Shown here in pieces: positions 1 through 13,603 of a stretch of DNA of 64,000 bases. The translations under genes and the position numbers were made by a program. Below the pieces are notes generated by a model that did no database searches, was not told the DNA's origin, and was given only the letters and a program-made list of their open reading frames with translations. The DNA is from Tubulanus polymorphus (lineage: Eukaryota; Animalia; Nemertea), in NCBI RefSeq assembly GCF_964204645.1, contig NC_134025.1, positions 30,360,299-30,424,298 of the forward strand. The letters run 5' to 3'. Numbering within the stretch: the first letter of the stretch is position 1; each line of letters starts with the position of its first letter.

Positions 1-1507
1 CTGTATGCGTAATACGTTTGTTGGTATGATTCGTTCTAACTCGGTTATCCGGAGACAAACAGAAGATGAACAAGATGAAACAGTGATCATCATCGGCCGC
101 TGCTGCTGCTGCTGCTGCTGCTGGGACTTGCGCTGTTTCAGATGTAGATGCAGCAGAGCTTTTACATCACTTGATCTAAATATATCAATTCTTATTAATA
201 ACATTATCAAAACTATTAATAAATTTGGGCCATTGATTCTTGAGTATTCTTAGGCACGGGCCGAATATAGCCCTGGTAAAACTGGCCCGGACCAGACCTG
301 AGTCTAGTTTGCTAGAGAGCGCACTCATCACTCACTAACTAATATACTATCAAAATGAAGCTGTGGTAAGCGAGGACGCCTCCAGGACTCGCATGCAAAT
401 TGCATTAAAATTTGACACAGGACTGGTGGGATGTTTTCGGTCGGGTGTGGTCCGTTAAATGCTCGTTTGGTTGAGGCTATTCCCAGTTTTAGGTGATGAA
501 TAAACTGGTGACAGTGCGTGAATCGTAGTTTGATGTCGCTCATTATGATGTATTAGATCATATCAAATGAGAGGATTTGTTAGGTAGATAATAGAATAAG
601 ATAAATTGAATTTATACTGACCGCTGCTGCTGCTGCTGCTACTGCTGTCATGCTGACTACATTGATTTTGTCTCGCTCTGTCTAACATTGCCAGCTACTC
701 AATAGCTTTCTTACATCCTGAAAGCTCAATTTTCTAATGCTGCCGAGATGTACTACGGCACGAAGTCTAAGCCATACCTAATATGGGTATACCGTGCACA
801 ATCTGAGCATCTTCATTTCCTTAAAAATGTCTGTTATCTTTTTTATGACGACGATGATGAAATAAGACAGTTTCAGTGATTGGAATAGAACAGAATTTTT
901 TCTTATTCAAAGTTACTTGCGCCTTGCTTGGTAGCATTGGGACCATTGTAAATATTGAGAATCAGGGAATTCGGAAGTGTTGGGACTGCTGTAAATATTT
1001 CACCGTGTTAAGAATCAGTGAAATAGAAGAGTCTTCCAAAAAAAATTGAGTAAAATGTACTGACTTGACTACTGCTGAGTTGTCTTGTACTGAGAAGAGC
1101 AAATCTGAGTAAAACAAATCTTAACAATGTCTTTTTTCGGTACGAGACATTTTCATTGATTAGATACGTATGATTAGACTCCAAGTAAGACACAGAATGA
1201 TTCATTTCTCTTGCTCCCACTCAGGGGGCAGTTTCTGAATACAGTGACGCGTAACATGAAAGACCAACCCCCGACATTCTGTCGTTATAACTAGAAACAT
1301 TGATACATGCGATGAATCGTAAATTAGTTTAAATGGCTTTGAAGAGTCAATTTACGTAACGGTTCAATGGTTTACTGCAAATACTGTATGTATTGAAATT
1401 GATTTCTGAGTAAGCTTGATTTATCCAAACGATCTTTTTCTGTTTTATGGTTGTAAATGTTCAGATTTTTCATTCAATGAATTTTCTCTGAATTTGGTAT
1501 AAACTGT

Positions 1508-1787
1508 AGCGTTTACACTACATTACTTAGAACCGTTCTTAATTGAGTTTGTTCCGATTTCGAACAGACCGTTTTAGTTCATACTAGTGAATAGTCCTCT
1601 TCAAGTTTCATTTTTGAGAACGGACCATTTATCTGTGTGCAAATAGAAACTGCTATAATTGCCTGTCAATCACAGTGTTGCCTCTGTGATAAAAACATGT
1701 GTGAACGCACCCATTGATTTGGTCCGTTCTAAATTGGTCCGTTTGAGTAAGACTAGTATGGACTAACTAGTGATAGTACGAACGCAG
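1508..1787. mobile_element. Degenerate MITE of a dispersed 'ttctaaattggtcc' family
   Basis: Imperfect TIRs gcgtttacactac...tagtacgaacgc; related internal motifs recur near 34720-34785, 35245-35560 and 42480-42770. Confidence 0.5.
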
Positions 1788-3916
1788 ATGTAGACACTTC
1801 GAACGATCTGTTTCTTTTCGTCGTGGCCTTCAGAATTCAATCTCAGTTCATCATCTCTTTCCTCTAAATACTTCTCTAAAACGGAAAATGTTTGTAATAA
1901 GTGAGACGAATTGGAGTAATAAAGTTTAAGCGAATGAGACCAATCTCTCTCAGGGGTTTATCAGTGGTTCACGTCATTCTATGCGGATGACAGTTGTTAA
2001 GGGTGATTTGTGTTACTGGTTGGGCAAATGACATTAAGCACATCTCTGATCAGATACACAGAAAGATCTCTGATTAGATTGAGCAGTTTGTCTATTTATT
2101 GCTGGATTGACCTATTTGTCAGGTAAATCGTCCTCTGGGATATTTCAGTATTCGCTCTCATTGATCGATACATGTTCAGTTATTATCTTATTTTTCGGTG
2201 ACTCGGATTAATTGGTTGTGGTCAAGTCAAGTCGCCGTTCCTCCTCGTTTATATAGGTTTACCGTGGGTTTAAAGACTAAAGCGCTGTACCGGGACGCAA
2301 AACCACCCCGACCAAGGTCTGGACAAAAACTCTTGTCGACCATTATATTTTTGAATTGACCACAGTAAAATAATCATACAGTCCTGGTATAAATACAGTG
2401 TAGTAAGCCTATCGCGGATTGGGGTGCGAGTCATGGCTGATTATACGTCGTGAGTTATGATTGAGAAGATTTTAAAAGCGTTCGCGACGCATTATTTTTC
2501 TGAAAGATTTTTCAAACATTTGTCTGCATGGCTCCCAGCTTGGAAATATATCTGTGGTCTGCCCAATGTTTGCCTCATTCCCGCGCCCGAGCATTCTGTA
2601 CGGTTCACTAATGAGGAATCTTCTTTGTGCCCACTTGTTTTTTATACCGGAGCAAAGATCAATTAATTGAGGACTGAAACTAAGGTTTAATCTTTCAGTT
2701 AAAACAAAACTGAGTGGGTCTTTTGATTAGAAATGTTCATAATTGAAGGTTCAAAAGGCTGTTTATTTTGCAACATGAAACCAGTGCGTGTGTATATATG
2801 ATCTTTGTTAAGATGATGTTCAACCTTCACCAATGATCCGTCGTTTGTTTGTCGGTGATTTTCATGCGTGTTCATTTTATTGTAAACAACATGTTCGATC
2901 TGTTCTCGTTCACGCGAGCGTCAGTGATCAGAGTAACCGTTCGTGGTTCTTGTTTGAACGGCTCAAAAATGTTTATGGATCACGATGGAAACCTGCCACA
3001 TTTTGTCATCAATTAAACAACTTCTAATACGCATTTTTCTCCATTTTCCTCCCTAAAAAGTAACTTATCCAAGTAATAAGGAGTGTTTGAATGAAACATC
3101 AACAGCATTTACATTACAAATATGAGAGAGTCTTCTAGATATTTCAGGATCCAGTTCCACGGTTCTGAGTTGAGTTAATAACCGATCGAATATAAACTCA
3201 CTCTTGCATAAGCGCATTTCTTCTAGATACACTTACAACGATGATGTGAATTCTGCTACCTGTGTAACAGAAGTTCTCGATGTATTGAGTAACACATTGT
3301 TACCCATCACTGACTATAGAGTGTCTGTACAGACTAACTCTAGTGTCATACACTTTATCAAATTCTGACAGTTGACTGCCGCGCTCCGCTCTCGCGCCAT
3401 ACCAGATGGACATTTTTCAGGTTTTTCTATTTTCGTCATCGGAATGCGTTCCTCGGCGTCGGAGCCGAGCGTGATTTAACCAAGTGCTCTATTACCGCGA
3501 TATTATGGGAAAATTGGCAGTCCTTTGTAGAAAACGGCAAGAAATAATCCATTTCCTGCATAAACGAGTTGGCTCAATGTCGCTTACTGTCGGCAGCTTA
3601 TGCTTGAATAATTCATTTAGTGTCTATGGTACATTAGTAAATGTAGAATTCTATACCGGCTATTTTGTGTCATTAATAAGAAGCAAAAAGTGGAAAGAGA
3701 GAGAACGAAATTTTCGAGATGTTTTCTTCGATGGTGAACAGTATGAAAATTGAGGACAGAACTTTTATTGAGTTTAAAGATACTGTAGTTGCATCATAAT
3801 CGCTTTGAGTAAACTTAAACAATTTTACTGGTTACCCATTCCCAAATATGTATGTACACAATAAGTAGGCAGAAGTGGCCAATGCAGCCTGTCCATGGAT
3901 GTCTACGTACTTTATG

Positions 3917-4141
3917 AATGGTTTATGATACACCCAGGAATGAAAAGTTACCTTAGTTAATGATATTAATGCCTAACACTAAACCTATCCCAAACTCAAC
4001 CTGTCATTGAAATAACCTTTCATCAGCCAAAAAGGCAGGAATGAAAAGGTATCTTGGTTAATGATCTAACACTAAACCTATCCAAAACTCAATCCTGTCA
4101 TTGAAATAATCTCTCATCCCTGGATGTATTAAAAACGTTTT
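3917..4141. mobile_element. Short non-autonomous element with inverted ends and an internal ~85-bp duplication
   Basis: tttatgatacacccagga... versus ...ccctggatgtattaaaa; the internal duplicated unit contains ctaacactaaacctatcc. Confidence 0.45.
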
Positions 4142-5149
4142 TGAACGGCCCCTGAGATAATTTTTTTTTTTAGATCAAAGTGATTTATTTTATGTCAAAG
4201 ACATATCTACAGTAATAGGATGTTGTAAACATTATAATCATATGTCGCATTCGCGCGGAATTCACAACAACAAAATGTGTCAAAATAATGTGTAATGCGT
4301 AAAGTTTAAAAACTTGATTTATCCATTCACGACGATTTACTGAAATCGCTTCTCATTTTAACATCAATTTATCAAATACTAAATGTTTGGTCCATCGTTT
4401 AAGTAGTAAAATACATCGACATCTGCGCGCGAAGGCAACGTCGCGACATTTAAACATTTTTAAATCGTTATTTCAAACATAAGTAACGGAATAAATTCAT
4501 GGAATCGTCGATGGTTTGGTCACAGGCGGCTGCGGTGATGATGAAATCCGGTGTTGCGATTCTGACGTTTTCTCAAAAACTATGTAAATGTCATCGTTTG
4601 TATTCAGTATTGATGTAGACGGCAGTTTCATCAGTTTCACTGACAGTCATATAAAACATCGTACAGTTTGCCGTGTGTTATTGCTGTGTTTTATTCGATG
4701 GTGACGATTTACGCAGCCACATTCCGATTATAGGCTTTTGCTGCTTCTGCCGCAGAATCTGAAAAACGGAAAACACTCAATTCGTGTTTACATTCGATCT
4801 TTGATATTGATTGTTTTTTTGTGTAGATAGATGATTAATTTTTTTGTGTTTGTAATGTTTATTTTCGTAATTAGACATTTTCGTATCTATTTTTGTAAAC
4901 ATTTTGTCGAGTTTTCTAAAGCAATCGATACTGTTCGACGTACATAGTTAGAAATGAATGTTATCGACGAATTGATGAAAATTCTGTCTAGGAAATATTC
5001 GAAAACTTGCCTTCTCAAACATCTTGGCATCAAAAGAATATCTAGACCTCATTCCTGATCATTATGATAATACGGTATATTCATCTTGCTGCACGCAAAA
5101 CGTTGTAAATTTTCCTGCTCCAATTCATATGATGATGTCCTGCCGCTCC

Positions 5150-5450
5150 CTCCCCCTCCCCTTCCCCTGGAATTTGATGGTCCGGTGAGATCCTACTGCC
5201 TCCTTCCCCTGGAATTTGATGGTCCAGTGAGATCCTACTGCCCCCTTCCCCTGGAATTTGATGGTCCGGTGAGATCCTACTGCCCCCCTCCCCTAGAATT
5301 TGATGGTCCGGTGAGATCCTACTGCCCCCCTCCCCTAGAATCTGATGGTCCGGTGAGATCCTACTGCCCCCCTCCCCTGGAAACTGATGGTCCGGTGAGA
5401 TCCTACTGCCCCCCTCCCCTAGAATCTGATGGTCCGGTGAGATCCTACTG
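5150..5450. repeat. Minisatellite, ~42-bp unit, ~7 copies
   Basis: Unit cccctcccctggaatttgatggtccggtgagatcctactgcc repeated. Confidence 0.95.
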
Positions 5451-8400
5451 AATAGAAGCTATGGAAATGATGTCATAGCGCGACATTTACCAGTTTTTGT
5501 TGGTTTGTGTAAAAAGTTGACAGCCATTTGATGATGAATATGCTGTGTATGTACTGTATGTGATGTGATATAGTCAGTAGTTACAGGGACAGATCCATGG
5601 ACTACTTTTGATGGTCTTAGGGCATTTTGATCATTGAAAAGGTACATTGGAAAATGCATTGACTGATTAGATGCATTTCATTACAGCATTTCCAACCCGT
5701 TCTTATCCTACCAATTAAGCAAGAAAAGTTTATAAGATTCGATGTAATAAGGCTATAAAGAGTTGAGAGGCCATTCAGAAAAGGGCAACTCAAAAGTACA
5801 AGACTGAAAAAAACCCTCTGGATCCGCACCAGCCTGTCAGTTTTAGATCATATCAGTTAGTGTTGGTATAATGATAGTTAGTGTATGTATTTATGTAGTT
5901 ATTGTTGTACGTAACCCGGTGGTGATGCCCGTGGCGCCCGTGACGCCCGGTGGGATCAGATATCGTCTAACGTCCGATCTATCATTCACATTATTACACA
6001 ATACACTAATATCCAGTACGTATTTGACTAACACAATAACTGACGGGGTTAAATCCTGTGAGGTTTCACTTGCTGAAACTGTCTGACGTCTGTCATTATA
6101 GAAAAATTGCTGTTGGAAAGGGAATTTTTTTTAATTGAGCAGCATGAGCCCCTGTGCTATGTAGCTGGCGTGTTAGATATTACTGGGGGTTATATAAAGG
6201 ATTATATACTCATGTAATGCAATAGATGTCTTTGTCGTCTGTAAAGATTATTCTAATACTCCATTAAACTATTAAACTTACGTAAAAGCCGGATTATTTC
6301 GAGCTCTGGAGCTTTCGACTGACTCGTCAGAATCCTCGACATATCTACCATACATTGATGATAATCATCAATAGAAAGTCATCCATTTATTGCGTTGTGA
6401 GAAGATGCAATCATTTCCGACAGCACAAACGGCTACTGCTGCTGCTGCTGCTACTGCTGTTACGATCACCTTTCGAACTTTTTGACCTATATTCGTTTCT
6501 GGTGAAGAGGTCCACTCGAAGCTGCAATTCATTAATTTTCCGACATGTCCCGAGTGTCGTTGATGATTCAATTCCAATATTATCACCATACAATGACTAG
6601 GACTCGTGTATATCTCAGCACAGTCTGTTGATTTCTCTTTCAGTACCATCATCAGCATCATCAGTGTTGACTTCATGTTTTCTATTAGATGCGGTACTCG
6701 TATTAAGTGAAATTAATGACTTCCATTCAATTTGCAATGAACTTCTTTATCGAAGATTCATTTGATTTGTTTTTTATCAAGTTTTCTCTCTCCTCAACAC
6801 GTCCTTACATTTGATATGATATATAGTTTCGTTATTAGCATCATTGAATTCACTTGAATACACAAATATAACTCCCAAGTCAAGACATTAGTCCAACAGT
6901 GACCTGTCTTCATAACTGGTCTTAAGCTGGTCATAAGTCTAAATCATGACTATGGAACTGTCCCTAGTTGCACAGTCATAGTCCACAAGCAATCTTAAAT
7001 ACAAGTATCAGTTGTTTGATCGGTTCTGATATGGTTTAGACTGGTCTTAAATCTAAGCTATGAGTGTGAAACTGGTCCCTCGGGTCTTGTAGACCACACT
7101 GTGACCGTAGAAATAAACAGATTATGACAGAGCAACTGTCAATAAGTGATATATGGTTTGAAGCTTAAAAATCTATTTGTATCTGTTGTTTCTGTGAGAT
7201 ACAGTGAAACGTTTCTCTTCATGTTAATGTGTTCGATAGGTTTGAAACAAAAACTGGGAATTTTTAGCTCATCGACAAAGTCTTCAAATTGATGTTACAT
7301 TGTCATTTCAAGTGCTTCTATCGATTATAGTAGCGAGGTTCCTGAAACGAGGGATGGGTTGAAAGTGAAGGGTTTCAGTTATCCTCGGATAACCTTCCAG
7401 CGCATTTGGCAGCTGAAACTTATGAATCAAAATGTCACGATTGATTTTGAAGCGTAGCTGGCACACCTCACACACGCTCTCATCTACTATTATCATACAA
7501 TGTTTACGTTGTTGTATTTTCTTACCTTGCTCTGGTATAAATTGTCCGACACTATAAGTGTCAAACAGATTAAGACATATTTTCCCCCTGGGACTGGTCA
7601 TAAAAATTGCTTGACTAAATTGTTGCGTATGTTTTTTCTCTTTTCATGTGTCGCTGTATTTGCTATTGCTGCCACCTATAGGAGGTAAGAAAACTAAATT
7701 TTGATGTAAATATACATAGCATTGGGGGTATTGTGACAGTCCACCAGGTGTCGCAAGGAGTCACTGGGTTACCGCGCTTCAATTTATTCGGACATACAGA
7801 TTTGGAAGCCAAAAAAAATCCAGTTCAAATTAGCTACGAATAACTCGATGTACAACTGTTGTGTCATCCGGTATGTGTCGGTACCCCATTACGGGCCGGT
7901 GAGCTTGTTATCCTTGATTTAGTGAAATCTAACTATCGTTTGTTTGCCCGGTAAGACGTTGAATAAATGCATGAACAATAAGACGCAGACAGTAGCCCTC
8001 GGTGATGGCGGGAAAAAAATCATAAAGAACGCACTCGACAGCAGAGTAGCATAGCAAACATCGCAACCGCTTGAGCATAAATAATATTTGATTGGTGAAT
8101 ATGATCACAGTGACAGTTTAGTGTGAAATTGTTTAGGTATTATCGCTGTGATCCTGTCAGTATGAAGACGAGTATTTCTATATATGATACGCGCGCTGGT
8201 AATACCCGGATAAGGACCTCATATACAACTTACTTCGCTTCAACGAATTATCACTTAAAAACACCAGTGACACTATCAGTAATAATGCACCGTTTGTCTA
8301 TACTGATACCTCTTGAGAGATTGATATTATTTCGTACTGTAGTTTATCTATGAATGAAGTATTTAAAGTTTTCACCAGTGATATACAGTGAGCCTTGACC

Positions 8401-8477
8401 GGTTCACACTGAAACTGGCAGCAGGAAATAAGTCCGAGTTCCATAAAGTCTGAGTCAAAGATTAGGGTAATCTGTCG

Positions 8478-8582
8478 GAGTTGACCATGTCAGAGTTGAC
8501 CATGCCATGTCCTAGTCGACCGAGTGAGAGTTGACCAATTCCGCGTTGACCACTTTCTAATTGACCATGTCCATATTTACCC
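8478..8582. repeat. Degenerate tandem repeat with gagttgacca core
   Basis: About 6 imperfect copies of (ga)gttgacca(tgtc). Confidence 0.65.
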
Positions 8583-9182
8583 GGTAATATAATGATTGAT
8601 GTTGTTTACCGTGGATCTGTAAACAGTGTTTCAATAATTCTATTTCGCGATCACCAGAATTCAATTTAAGCCATTATGATTTCCTCTGCGTATATGTGTC
8701 TACTTGTCCCACTCGAGTCTGAACGTCTCGACGCGATAACATTTCCTCTAACAGCGGACTGGAACCACGAGTGCATACCAAACATGGCTTAAACCGGTAT
8801 TCATCTTCAACCATCGGAGGTCTGTGATTCAATTAACTTCCGGCTTATCGCCAACTATTCCAGCTAATATGCAGCCCGTCATGTAAACGCTTGGTGCAAA
8901 TCTTTCACAAATAAGCCTCAGTTCGTGGCTGCATTGTTTGTTTTCCTGATGGCCATCATGTCCACGATCGATACAACGATCGATACCACGCGAGGCGGCA
9001 CGTTACGGTTGAGAATAATGAAATTGAACGCTGAATTTACCGCGTTCTCTGATATAATTGTTGTATTAAGGATTGTGAATATATTACATCACCATCGTTT
9101 ATCCCTGAATCCTGTATATGAGAACCAGAAAAATAACATCTTAAGATCAAGTTATTACATGAACAGATCATATCTGATTATG

Positions 9183-9188
<6 letters not shown>

Positions 9189-9266
<78 letters not shown>
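9189..9266. repeat. (AT)n microsatellite
   Basis: Perfect AT run of ~78 bp. Confidence 0.98.
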
Positions 9267-9268
<2 letters not shown>

Positions 9269-10230
9269 ATATTAAATTCATCTTAGCTGTTAATTGAATA
9301 ATTTGCATCCTCTGCGACTGTAAGTTAGCTATTGTCATGTATCATGTCTGGAAGCTATTTTTCTAGAATCCTCTAGAGAGATATGTGTGACACCGGTGAC
9401 CATTACCGACCAGGGACGATCAGTCGTGTGAAGTATGAAGTCGACATGTTTTCCTGCGTCATTTTCCGTGATCATTATGAAACTTGCAGTCAGATATTTT
9501 GTTTGATGTTTCATTCAGATGAGCAGCCATTTGTGAGGTGAACTGTGACAACTCGTCAGACCAGTAAATCATCGTGTCTTTAAAAAAAAAACAGCCTCAG
9601 ACACAAATAGAACGATCGTCTAAAGTCTCGATACTTGTCCGTGTCATGTCTCCGTTAATGATGTGGTTCTTACTGTTGTGATGACCATAAAATTCTTAAG
9701 GAGCAAACGACTCTCTTAAGGATCATTCAGTTCTGCCTCGGGGTAGATTTCCTACATCCTTCATTGTCTCCACTCTCGGTACAGAAAACTCGAACCTCGC
9801 TATTCCTGAATCTCGCCGACGTTATGACGGTTGATTTTAAATTTGCTGTTGATTAACGCGATGAATTCACAGTTCTATATCGATTGATTTTCATGGCATC
9901 CTTTACATATTTACAATATTGAAATCCCGAAGAAAGCAATAATGAAAATCGAACTTACAACTTAACAGGAGCCACACAACCGGGTATGTAGGTTCTCAGA
10001 GAGTATTGATGAATATAGTCGGTATATGCGTGATGGTATTTTCTCCTATCTTCAATGTCTCTCATGCAGTCTAATGCCTTCCGTTTGAGTGTTTTTGATA
10101 CATCACATGTAGAAATCACAGCTGTCATTTAGTATCAGTTAAGATTCGTTTATGGAGAGTCTTCACTGACTGTTGTTCGTGTAAAAAGTTTGCCACAGAA
10201 ATGACTGAATAAATCACTACTGATTTATCG

Positions 10231-12160
10231 CAGTGACATACCTCGTACTCAGTACCACAGTGACATACCTCGTACTCAGTACCACAGTGACATACCTCGT
10301 ACTCAGTACCACAGTGAAATACCTCGTACTCAGTACCACAGTGACATACCTCGTACTCACTACCACAGTGACATACCTCGTACTCAGTACCACAGTGACA
10401 TACCTCGTACTCAGTACCACAGTGACATACCTCGTACTCAGTACCACAGTGAAATACCTCGTACTCAGTACCACAGTGACATACCTCGTACTCAGTACCA
10501 CAGTGACATACCTCGTACTCAGTACCACAGTGACATACCTCGTACTCAGTACCACAGTGACATACCTCGTACTCAGTACCACAGTGACATACCTCGTACT
10601 CAGTACCACAGTGACATGCCTCGTACTCAGTACCACAGTGACATACCTCGTACTCAGTACCACAGTGACATACCTCGTACTTAGTACCACAGTGACATAC
10701 CTCGTACTCAGTACCACAGTGACATACCTCGTACTCAGTACCACAGTGACATACCTCGTACTCAGAACCACAGTGACATACCTCGTGCTCAGTACCACAG
10801 TGACATACCTCGTACTCAGTACCACAGTGACATACCTCGTACTCAGTACCACAGTGACATACCTCGTACTCAGTACCACAGTGACATACCTCGTATTGAG
10901 TACCACAGTGACATACCTCGTATTGAGTACCACAGTGACATACCTCGTATTGAGTACCACAGTGACATACCTCGTACTCAGTACCACAGTGACATACCTC
11001 GTACTCAGTACCACAGTGACATACCTCGTACTCAGTACCACAGTGACATACCTCGTATTGAGTACCACAGTGACATACCTCGTACTCAGTACCACAGTGA
11101 CATACCTCGTATTGAGTACCACAGTGACATACCTCGTACTCAGTACCACAGTGACATACCTCGTACTCAGTACCACAGTGACATACCTCGTACTCAGTAC
11201 CACAGTGACATACCTCGTACTCAGTACCACAGTGACATACCTCGTACTCAGTACCACAGTGACATACCTCGTGCTCAGTACCACAGTGAAATACCTCGTA
11301 CTCAGTACCACAGTGACATACCTCGTACTCAGTACCACAGTGACATACCTCGTACTCAGTACCACAGTGACATACCTCGTACTCAGTACCACAGTGACAT
11401 ACCTCGTACTCAGTACCACAGTGACATACCTCGTACTCAGTACCACAGTGACATACCTCGTGCTCAGTACCACAGTGACATACCTCGTACTCAGTACCAC
11501 AGTGACATACCTCGTGCTCAGTACCACAGTGACATACCTCGTACTCAGTACCACAGTGACATACCTCGTGCTCAGTACCACAGTGAGATACCTCGTACTC
11601 AGTACCACAGTGACATACCTCGTATTGAGTACCACAGTGACATACCTCGTACTCAGTACCACAGTGACATACCTCGTACTCAGTACCACAGTGACATACC
11701 TCGTACTCAGTACCACAGTGACATACCTCGTACTCAGTACCACAGTGACATACCTTGTACTCAGTATCACAGTGACATACCTCGTACTCAGTACCACAGT
11801 GACATACCTCGTACTCAGTACCACAGTGACATACCTCGTACTCAGTACCACAGTGACATACCTCGTACTCAGTACCACAGTGACATACCTTGTACTCAGT
11901 ATCACAGTGACATACCTCGTACTCAGTACCACAGTGACATACCTCGTACTCAGTACCACAGTGACATACCTCGTACTCAGTACCACAGTGACATACCTCG
12001 TACTCAGTACCACAGTGACATACCTCGTACTTAGTACCACAGTGACATACCTCGTACTCAGTACCACAGTGACATACCTCGTACTCAGTACCACAGTGAC
12101 ATACCTCGTACTAAGTACCACATTGACATACCTCGTACTCAGTACCACAGTGACATACCT
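10231..12160. repeat. Satellite array, 27-bp monomer CAGTGACATACCTCGTACTCAGTACCA, ~71 copies
   Basis: Near-identical head-to-tail copies with no unique spacers. Confidence 0.98.
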
Positions 12161-13572
12161 GTACCTAACCTTGGAGAAATCATTTGACTACTCCAAGACC
12201 TGGCATTGTTGAATACGATAGCAAATATTGTGGATCTGGGACTGGTACGCCGACAGAAAACTATTCAGTCATCTGCAATAGGACAATATAAATGACCTCA
12301 AATAAATGCTCGGAGTACCTGTGACACAAATCCTGTCTACGAATATCATTTACTTTTACTAGCTCATTATTGCTGTTCAATATAATTTTTTACACTATAT
12401 TATTGAACTCTGCATCTATTTGATTGTGCTGCACCAGTTATATCATTACTTAAAAATATGTCAAGAATTCACGATTGTATTTTGTGATTCGGGTATAGAA
12501 GAAATAGTAAGATCATTAGAATAGATGTGGTCATCACGTAATTCTTGATGCTCTTCACCACACACACACACACATCCCTGGTGGTATCAGTAATTATGTA
12601 GGATGGTCGCATCCGGACCTATTTTATTACGTAGATTATCGGCACTTCCTTTAACGACGTATATACCTCTCAGTACAACATCGATGATAAAAATGCATAT
12701 TTTCAGGGAGGGAAATTAACACATCTTATCGATATTCAGAAATTTCTACTACGCTATCTTTCTATCTAGCAATTCCGAAACGGTACTCGGCGATAACATT
12801 CTTTGTTGTCGTCGTAGTATATGCCAGAAAGTGTTAATTGAAACGAAATGCTGGCAGTAACAAATAAGCCCAAGTGACAAAGCATGATCTATGTGCACGG
12901 CATATATTGGTCGACCAGCGAGTAGTAGCTGCAATTTATTGTAGGATGATGAACCAGGAATGTTTCGGAAATCAATAGAACATAGATTTTCGCGGCATTT
13001 CGCATCTCGGTTGAAAACGGTTTGAAATGAAACTCTCTCTCTCGGCATAACCATATTACATCAGTACAATCCAACAACCGTGCTGCAATAAAATGACACT
13101 TAAAAACTACACTGAACTGAAACATTCGTTTGAATGCATGAAAAGTGACTTCACAATTTTTTAGACGACGACCTTTGCCGGGCAAGATTCGGGACCCAGA
13201 ATAGGGAGGCATAATTGAATAGGAACCTGTATCCCTGTAAATAAAGTCTTTATCAAATATATGAATCTTAACCATCCTTCAGATATTAAAAACGTTGTTT
13301 CAATACACGCGTTTAGTTTTTTTTTATTCACTGCTGGTTTATAAAGGTCAGTTATTTGAGATCAGTTGAATTGCATTATGTGATCTATAAACGTCGCCAT
13401 TATACTCTATTTGTCCTTGGTATCACAGCCTGATAAATTGCTATCGACTACTTATATGCGCTCTCATGTTTTAGTCAATAAATTGGGTTTCATGCTGCCT
13501 CGGTTCCTAGATGGAATTTTGACAGGGCATCCGTACTGACCATTATTGAATCAGAATATTGAGCAGTATCAG

Positions 13573-13603
<31 letters not shown>

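Noticed and set aside
1-720. Possible minus-strand exons with poly-Q near the window start
   Set aside because: One frame is open at 1-175, but the neighbouring candidate exons have stops or mismatched phases and no domain is recognisable.
5086-5451. 121-aa Pro-rich repetitive ORF
   Set aside because: Translation of the minisatellite with a non-ATG start.
7500-7688. Hydrophobic ORF ending at AG|GTAAGA as the possible signal-peptide exon of the CUB gene
   Set aside because: The donor is phase 2 but the 25345 exon needs phase 1, and no bridging exon was found.
10217-12212. 643-aa and 659-aa ORFs on opposite strands; CRISPR-like appearance
   Set aside because: Artefact of a stop-free 27-bp (9-codon) monomer. 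There are no unique spacers, no cas genes, and the context is eukaryotic.
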